A stretch of 64,000 bases of DNA, from positions 33,170,001 to 33,234,000 of the forward strand of contig OX597815.1 of the NCBI GenBank assembly GCA_951406725.2. Reading direction: 5' to 3'. Made by a program: the position numbers and the translations under genes. Numbering within the stretch: the first letter of the stretch is position 1; every line of letters begins with the position of its first letter. The DNA comes from Octopus vulgaris. Lineage: Eukaryota. Below are positions 55,941 to 64,000 of this stretch, piece by piece. The notes under the pieces were generated by a model. That model saw nothing but the letters and a program-made list of their open reading frames with translations. It ran no database searches and was not told where the DNA came from.

Positions 55941-58298
55941 TTCCAATACATTTACTCTTTTCGTTATTAAAGGCTTCTTTAATTTAATTAATACTTCCAT
56001 AGGCTTCCTTATATTCATTACCACAATTATTAAAACTTTCTTCTATTTTATAAACATTTGTCAGTTCTTTTTTACCCTCCTATCTTAATTTGTAAATTTT
56101 CACATTCGTCAGTTGATTTTTTGCTTTTTTGTATTTTTGTACTTTTTGTATTTTTCATTATATATTTTGAATGTTGATGTTTTCTAGTGTAATGAATAAA
56201 ACAGAAATTTTGCCATCTTCCCAAAAGCATTTTCGATAAAGATGGATCATTTATTCCAGCGTGTCTTTATAGTTTGTTTTTTTTTTTTCTTTTTCTGAGC
56301 AATTATTTTTCGTCCACCTCCTTCCCCTTCTCATACACCTCCTTCTTCGTTTTTCACGTTGTTTAATTCCAACTCAAAGCTGCCTCTGATCATAAACAGT
56401 CTATCTGTGTTCATTTTGTCTTTTCTCTTGGCATAATGTAACCAGGCTTTTGTTATTCGAAGATGCTTGACAATAGGGTCTCATATGAATGAGCTAGTCA
56501 GTAGGTTATGGCGTGAGGGAGGTAAACGGTAGAATATGATGCGAAGGAGGTTTCGCCGTTAATTCTAGCAGGTTAGGTGACTACTTAGACGTTCATTTAT
56601 TGGATCATATTTTCTTTTATCACGTTTCTTCCAAAACGTTAGCATAAAATTCTTATTCATCCATCTTCTCGTGATAACCTACAATGCCCATTCCTAGTTC
56701 TCTTAAGTGCGGAATTATGACAAAAGTGAAAGAGGCCAAGCGGGTAGATGTCTCCGGACGGTGTAAAATAGTGCAATTTTTCCTTTGACTTACCTTGCCT
56801 GTTAATTAAGGTGGAGACTAAAAAAAATGCCTATATCCCTAGGTGCAGAAAACCCTTGTAATATCACTACATAAGAGGCTAGCAGCTGAGATGTATTATT
56901 CATGAACTAATCAGTAGATTAGGACGTAAGAATATGTTGGAATATATAAAAATTCCAAAAGCAGATATATTTTTCACGTAAAAGAAAAGCGTATTTAGAT
57001 AAATATATTCTGAGAGGAGTATATTTGCTTCTATGTGTATATATATGTATGCATGTATATATGTATGTATGAAAGCATCCATGTATGAGTGTGTGTGGGT
57101 TTTGTGTCTATGTATGTATATCGCATTATCTGTTCGCGACGTTAATATTGCAGTGTCAGTTTTGATGTACCACCGCGGAGATATTCCACATTGATATATG
57201 AAAACGTACTCCGAGAGTGTATATGTGCGTGTATTGAACCTGAGCGTGCGATCATTACAATAGCAGTATGAACACACACAAGTACGCACACGCGCTCGCG
57301 TACATTCCGAGATGGAGGACATCCGCTTTTTCATTTTTTTTTCTCATTCTCTCCTTCCCACACGTTTATATGTCAACAGAAAGAAAAATTATTTCCCCTC
57401 TCATGTTTCAACAGTAGATGTATTGATAAGAAATAACACCGCAGATAGAAATTGCCTTTGTCATCATGAACATTGAAAGTTCTACGCATTTGAAATTTGT
57501 GAGATGAACAATACGGATATTCGTTCAATATTTATGCTTGTAATTTATTTTCTTATTGGCGTGATATCCTCTAGATGTCAATTAACAATGGAAACTATTT
57601 CCTCACAACATGAGGCGAGACCAGAAATTTGAATTTAAAATCAATGAATATGAAAAGAATACAAAGTGTTCACGCGCGTAAATATTTATGTAATTTAATT
57701 TTTTATTTCTGTCAAAGTTCTTGCAGTTTCTAGTTAGTGATAATCATATATAGTACTATTTCATCCTTTTTTAAGAATCTTCAGCTGGGCTTGACCTTCA
57801 AATTAGTTAATTGGTATATGATGAAGAGAGATATTGCAGTAAATTTTAAGTTATCTACAGACTGAAGGAATTTAATGGAATGTTTTCATAATTTTCCTTC
57901 ATAGAACGTTATAAAAGTAAAAAAATGTTCATCATCTTTATGTACAGAATAAAGCAGTTTCCAGGGAGTTACGATCTCTTGAAAGCGTTTTAGCAATTAA
58001 CTACAAACGGTTTTACAATCCTTCATCTCCTGTTGAAAAAGGTTGTATGTTTACAATATATCTCTTTACCCGCGAGTATCACTTAATGAAGATACAAAAT
58101 TATGTTCATATTTTAGTTATTTGCCATTCAGATATTTTTCAATCATCTTTACAAGAAAATTTTGCAGCAGCTAGTATTAGAAACAGATTCTGCCGATTAG
58201 ATAAAGTTCGTCAAAAATTTCTCTGAATTATCTTTCTGTTTTTCAAATGAATCAGAACTCTTGATAGTTTTTTGTTCTTAGCATTTCAGTTTAAATAT

Positions 58299-59020
58299 GG
58301 CGGCGAGCTGGCAGAAACGTTAGCACGCCGGGCGAAATGCTTAGTAGTATTTCGTCTGCCGCTACGTTCTGAGTTCAAATTCCGCCGAGGTCGACTTTGC
58401 CTTTCCCTTTCACCCTTTCGGGGTCGATTAAATAAGTACCAGTTACGCACTGGGGTCGATATAATCGACTTAATCCGTTTGTCTGTCCTTGTTTGTCCTC
58501 TCTGTGTTGAGACCCTTGTGGGTAGTAAAGAAATAGGTATTTCGTCTGTCCTTACTTTCTGAGTTGAAATTCTGCCGAGGCCGACTTTGCCTTTCATCCT
58601 TTCGGAGTCGATAAAATAAGTACTCGTTGCGCACTAGGTTCGATATAATCGACGTACCTCATCTCCGAAATTGCTGGCAATGTGCCAAAATTTGAAACCA
58701 GTTAATCGAATTTGCCTTTCATCCTTTCGGAGTCTACAAAATAGGTACTAGCTGAGTACTGAGGTCGATGTAATCAACTTACCCCTCCTCCGAAATGGCT
58801 GGCAATGTGCTGTAATTTGTAATCAGTATCAGAGTTTTAAAAAATTAAGGCTGAGAGCTGGCAGAATCGTTAGCACGCCGGACAAAATACTTAACGGCTT
58901 TTTGTCCGTCTTTACGCTCTGTGTTCAAATTCCGCCGAGGTTGAGTTTACCTTTCATTTTTCGGCGTCGAAAACCCCTACCCCGGATTTTCTGGCTTTGT
59001 GCCAACATTTGAAGCCAATA
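58299..59020 (+). mobile_element. Cluster of SINE family B copies (nested/tandem)
   Basis: Four repeats of the CCTTTCATCCTTTCGG.GTCGAT core, with two different tail types. Confidence 0.85.
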
Positions 59021-59367
59021 TTTGAGTTAAAATATTCATTTAATTTCAATTAAATTAGTTTCTTCCATGTTATACGAATTTAAAGATCTTCCTTTAATTT
59101 TTATTTCTTCCTTAATAATATTTGTCAATTGCTAAAAATTCAAGAATATTATAAATTACTGATATTACTTGGCATATTTTCTTACCACTCTTAATCACCT
59201 CAAGTAAAGGGTGGGTTTTAAAGTATTCGTAGTCATAAAATCAGTAACATAATATTGTAATTTATTTTTATTGAACAGACAGTATCAATATCGGTATCTA
59301 ATACGGGTATTAAAGATCTTAGTATTTCAGTAACGTTCTCTTTCCAACACACACACATACAAATGCA

Positions 59368-59429
<62 letters not shown>

Positions 59430-59430
<1 letters not shown>

Positions 59431-60950
59431 GGCATTGTGTGTATTTCATCAATACGTTTAAGCAGAAAATGAAGCTGAGGACAGTAGAAAGAAACAAAAT
59501 ATTCAAAAAGAAGGTAAAAAAAAAAGAATCAAGTGTTTTCATAGTGTAATTTCTTGAACAAACTACTTTTTCATCAACATTTACTGCATTAGAAAGAAGT
59601 GTAAACTAACTGGCAAGTGGAATTGATGGGAAAATGAGTTTCCTTTAAGAGCCATAAATATTTTTCAAAGAGGCAGAAAATAACTACCCGAGTGCGTTCA
59701 GCATCCCGATTAAGGTTATCTGGAAGTTTGTAGAATACATCTGAAGTGTCCTGCAAACAGATGTGTTTACATTGGTTTTGAAACCATAGGAAACTTTTTG
59801 AAATAGAAGACTCAATGACCGTGAGCTTTAAGCTTAAATTGTATAAGAAACAAAAGTGAGATATTTTCCAAAGAATTAAGCATTCCAGAAAAGATAACAT
59901 CATGCATTATACAGTGAGAAAATATCCTATTGTACGAAACTGGAGAGTAATTAAAAAAATGTTGGGGTTATTGAAATTGTTTGCGAAGTTTGATTTTCTC
60001 AAGAAAGCACACCGCAGTAACGTGGAAAAGAATCCTGGAAGAATATCATATCTTTCTCAGAGAATACAAAACCATTGTATTCAGTTGATGGCATCTAATG
60101 TTCCCTAAAATGGCTATTTAGCAAATTATGAGGCAAAAACTTGTTGGCCTGTTGTTAGATTCAAGCCAAGAATATGTGCATCGAGAACAAATAATAGTTA
60201 TAGTTCGTTATATTGATTTTTGCTTTTTATGACATGGGTCTCGGATTTATCCAATTAAAACGGAAGGTAGCTGAATACATAAAAAAAGTAATTTCGGATC
60301 AATTTTCAAAAGACAAAATGTCATTGTGTTACATTGTGTTACTGTCGATCTTAATGTTATGTCAGTTATAAAAGTGACGAGCAGCAGAGGAATAATGAAA
60401 ATAACTGCAAAGCTATTTACGATAATCATTCTCCCAGTGTGATTGGAGTGCGTATTGGTAACATAGATGCATTGAGGGTTAATTTTTTCGGTTCAGTTCT
60501 GTTACTTTATTCATTCTCTTCCTGCTCAACGCTTCAATTGTAAACAATAAAAAATACCTAATTAATGGCTGTCAAATCTAATTTTGAAACACGGTTGAGT
60601 TTCCGAACAGGGAATTTAAAGACAGATCATGAAAATTATTCTATCACATTGGAACTTTTGCATGCATGATTGATTACCAGAATCAATTTGTTGGGACAAG
60701 AGGTGATAAGGTAGGTGCTGAATAAAATTTTAACTTTTAATTTCCTAGTTTTGCGTGCATTAGGGAATTAAATTATTATGAGATGAACCGTGTTTAAAAG
60801 CAACTCGAAAATCATAACGAACTTTCCTAATGCAGTCTACAATTTAGAAGCCATTCAAGTCTTTAAAAAAAGTAGCTTAATGTCATTAACTAGTGACTAC
60901 TTGAAGCTAAAACGAAATAATACGATTAGTAGGATACGTTTCTTTTTTTT
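59430..60950 (+). mobile_element. Degenerate hAT (Tip100/ZMYM1-like) transposase
   Basis: GLLKLFAKFDFL..H..ISYLSQRIQN..IQLM and HREQ..IVRY remnants. Confidence 0.65.
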
Positions 60951-63495
60951 TTTTTTTCTTTTTTCGCTGTTACTCTAGTGAGATAGTGTGGATGTTGAAG
61001 GTCTTCAACTGACAAATAGAGTGAGTGATCGCTAATAAGAGTGCTAAAATGGAAATAAAAACAACTTTCTAGATAACAAAGGGTAACATACTCCACCGGA
61101 CTTGAAGTTTTTCATCGGCTTTTCAAAAGTAATTCCATGCAGCTTTTCTGAGTGTAAGCAAATCTTTAGCAGCAAGAACCTCATCACGAAGGAAACAAGA
61201 TTTATACTGTTAGCCAACAACGCGAGAAATAACTTTAGTAAACTTCAGAGTCTTCCAGTTTAATTCCCAAAAACCAGACGATAACGTACAGTAATGACTT
61301 AGATGTCATCGTTCAGCAACTGATACACAGACAACAATAGGTAAAGTTCAAGGATTTAAGACCTGTTTGGACATTTCGTCAAAAATTGCTTCAAATGCAC
61401 AAGTTTAGAGTGAGCCTAAATACATTAACTTTTGAATTGTATTTAATAAACATCATCGTTTAGCGGGAGTGAGATCATCCTTAATTATATGTCACCATTA
61501 TGATCTCGGATGTACTATCAAAATTACAGCAAACAGGTTACCCACGTTTATAGGGTAGTGTAGTGATCCAGGAAGCTCAGCTTGTCTGTTATGAAACTTC
61601 TCTAACAATATGAGACAAACTCTTAGCAAAACTGGACCATGAATCTATGAATCTATGCGAAGTCAGTCGGGTTCATGAAGCAGGAACCAATACTAAGGAT
61701 ATTGATATTGTCTCCGGTGTTGATGCCTGCTGTATCAATCAAGCTTTAGACCATCATTCCTAAAATCCGTCTAATTTTAAAACATTTCCTTTAACCATCA
61801 TACGAACCTGTAGGCGCTGTAGGAGCTGGCAACGCTAGCCAGTACACAATCTGAGTGTAACACATTCAAAATATGTTCCCTCTTTTCTTTGTTGCACTGC
61901 GCTATTACATGTACTTATTATATTTACAGTGATATTTTACAAGCATAGGTGGAATTAGCCATAGAATCTAGACATTTTCCACGCAAATTCTCATTGTACT
62001 CGTAAAAAAACGTGACAATAAATATCATTGAATAAAACATTTTATCTCATAAGACATCATTTTTTACACTACTTTTTCTGCTGACTTTCCATTGCCAAAG
62101 CTTCTAAATATATCTATACACTCACTGTTTACTTTATTTTTTCTTGTGCATTTGTCATGCATGAAAATACAAGTTAAGTAAAAGCCGGCATAGTTCTAAT
62201 GAGAATTTCTATATCTTGGCAAATTCTTTGGCCTCGATCTAAACTAGAAAGTTGCAATGCAATCTATTTAGTTTCTTTTTCCAACAAATCATCCGTAAAA
62301 CTCATAATTTGATGTTTTAATCACTTTATAATCTTTTTTTTTTCTCGAGTTCCAGTTTTGCTATAATTTTACCGCTGTGTACGCCAAAACATTACTCACC
62401 AGGAAATACTTAGTTAAGTTTTTCTTTTGTTAATGTTTTCTTGCCGATTCTATCGGGGGATTTGTGTGAAGATGATACGCAAATTGATATTCCAGAAGAG
62501 CAGAAGTAATTGCGTTAGCAAAGAAAATAGCGAGAAAGAAAGCAATACTTTAATTTTTTATCAGGTCGAATCTAATCAAAGGTCAGTACAACTGGATAAG
62601 ATCTTAAAATAATAAAACACTATAAATGGTGTATTTTAGTTAACAGTAGTTTGGGAACCAATATACCAGTCAGGAATTTCCAGTAAAACCTGAGGTTTTT
62701 AGTCAATTCAGTAGCATAAGGGTATATCACTGGAAATTTTAGCAATTAATCTGATGAAATCGGGTAAAATCTGATTTAATTTGAACTAATTCCTGCAAGT
62801 CTTCAAGTTAATGAAACTATTTGTCATTTATATAATGTTAGCCCTAAATACATATGTGAGCTGTTAGTTATTGATAGCTAAGTGCTTTAAAAATACGTTT
62901 TGGTTACCGATGCAAGTAGTCCTCCAGACTGACATATATAGCAACCAAGTTTCACACGAACTGTATCTACCGTTTACGAAATGAATAACATTACATAACT
63001 GCTATTTTTAATATGCTATGCTTGAAAGAAGACGGAGAGGTTATAGCCGGAATATCTTTAACTATTGGTTTCCTTCACAAGAGTTGATCAAGGTGCTAAG
63101 CAATAAGCCGTTTCAGATCAGAAATTCCTAACAATATGACTAGCAGCTACCTTTGTAAATATTCAACGAAAATGCACATATCAAAACTGCATCAAATCTT
63201 AGAGTTTTAGAAAAGCTGTAAGATGGAGTGGCTTTCAAATATTACCTAAGTGCGTTGGTATATTTTTTGTATGCACTTGGGAAAAGATGATAGAATTACA
63301 GTTTCTTATTTTCACGATCCCGCCGATCTCAAACTTCGTTCTTTTGTAGAAAATTATCATTTTATACTTTAGATCTTTAGAAAGTTGTTACAAAAGTTGG
63401 AGAACATCTTAGAATTACTATACAAAATTTAATTTAGAGTAAGCCGCTTTGAGTACTACGTTAACTACGTTTTTAGCCAAGGCTATTATATTAGT

Positions 63496-63750
63496 GGAGG
63501 CGCGTGGCTTAGTGGTTAGGGTGTCAGCATCATGATCGTAAGATTGTGGTTTCGATTCCTGGACCGGGCGACGCGTTGTGTTCTTGAGCAAAACACTTCA
63601 TTTCACGTTGCTCCAGTCCACTCAGCTGGTAAAAATGAGCAACGCTGCGATGGACTGGTGTCCCGTCCAGCTGGGGAACACAAACGCCATTGAAGCCGGG
63701 AAACCGGGCCCATGAGCCTGGCTAGGTTTTAAAAGGGCGCATTTATTTAT
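63496..63750 (+). mobile_element. tRNA-derived SINE (family D)
   Basis: Box A TGGCTTAGTGG, box B GGTTTCGATTCC, body, and an (ATT)-rich tail. Confidence 0.85.
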
Positions 63751-64000
63751 TATTATTTATATTATAATCACATTTCAATCTATACATCTATGTGTTCACA
63801 AATATGAAAAGAACTTGTATGTTTCTCAGACAACATGTTAATACTGAATGCAATGTGCTCAGCAATATGAACATAGTGGTAACAAACTACAACTTGGTAT
63901 AAACTTTTTAACGTCTGTGTCTTTTAATAAAATTCTAACATATCTAATTAAATGTACAGTGATTTATGTTGCCGAAATACAAGCATTCAAACATAACCGG

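Noticed and set aside
62752-62790. CTGATGA followed by a hairpin (similar strings at ~25996 and ~35735)
   Set aside because: No correctly placed GAAA, helix III or helix I.

Overview
AT-rich, microsatellite-dense eukaryotic DNA made up almost entirely of transposable elements. The repeat repertoire (tRNA-derived SINEs, RTE, Dong/R4, Tx1, Penelope, Helitron) strongly suggests an octopus or other cephalopod; this is inferred, not proven. No host protein-coding gene could be identified. The only long intact ORF (38384-41017, +) is a Neptune-type Penelope-like retroelement (PLE) encoding RT plus a GIY-YIG nuclease. It is followed by a CCAAT/TATA promoter and a minimal hammerhead ribozyme (HHR). 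About 11 type-I minimal HHR motifs occur in PLE termini. Most sit in short elements inserted into (TA)n tracts, and two are clamped between perfect inverted arms. Three unrelated families share a non-canonical CCGANGA core. One Poseidon-type PLE (47268-50709, 13-bp TSD) carries a tRNA-like Pol III module between its stop codon and its HHR. Other notable items: a SINE subfamily sharing its 3' tail with a Tx1-like LINE, a ~60-bp TSD around an RTE LINE, and several long inverted repeats. All alignments and foldings were done by eye.
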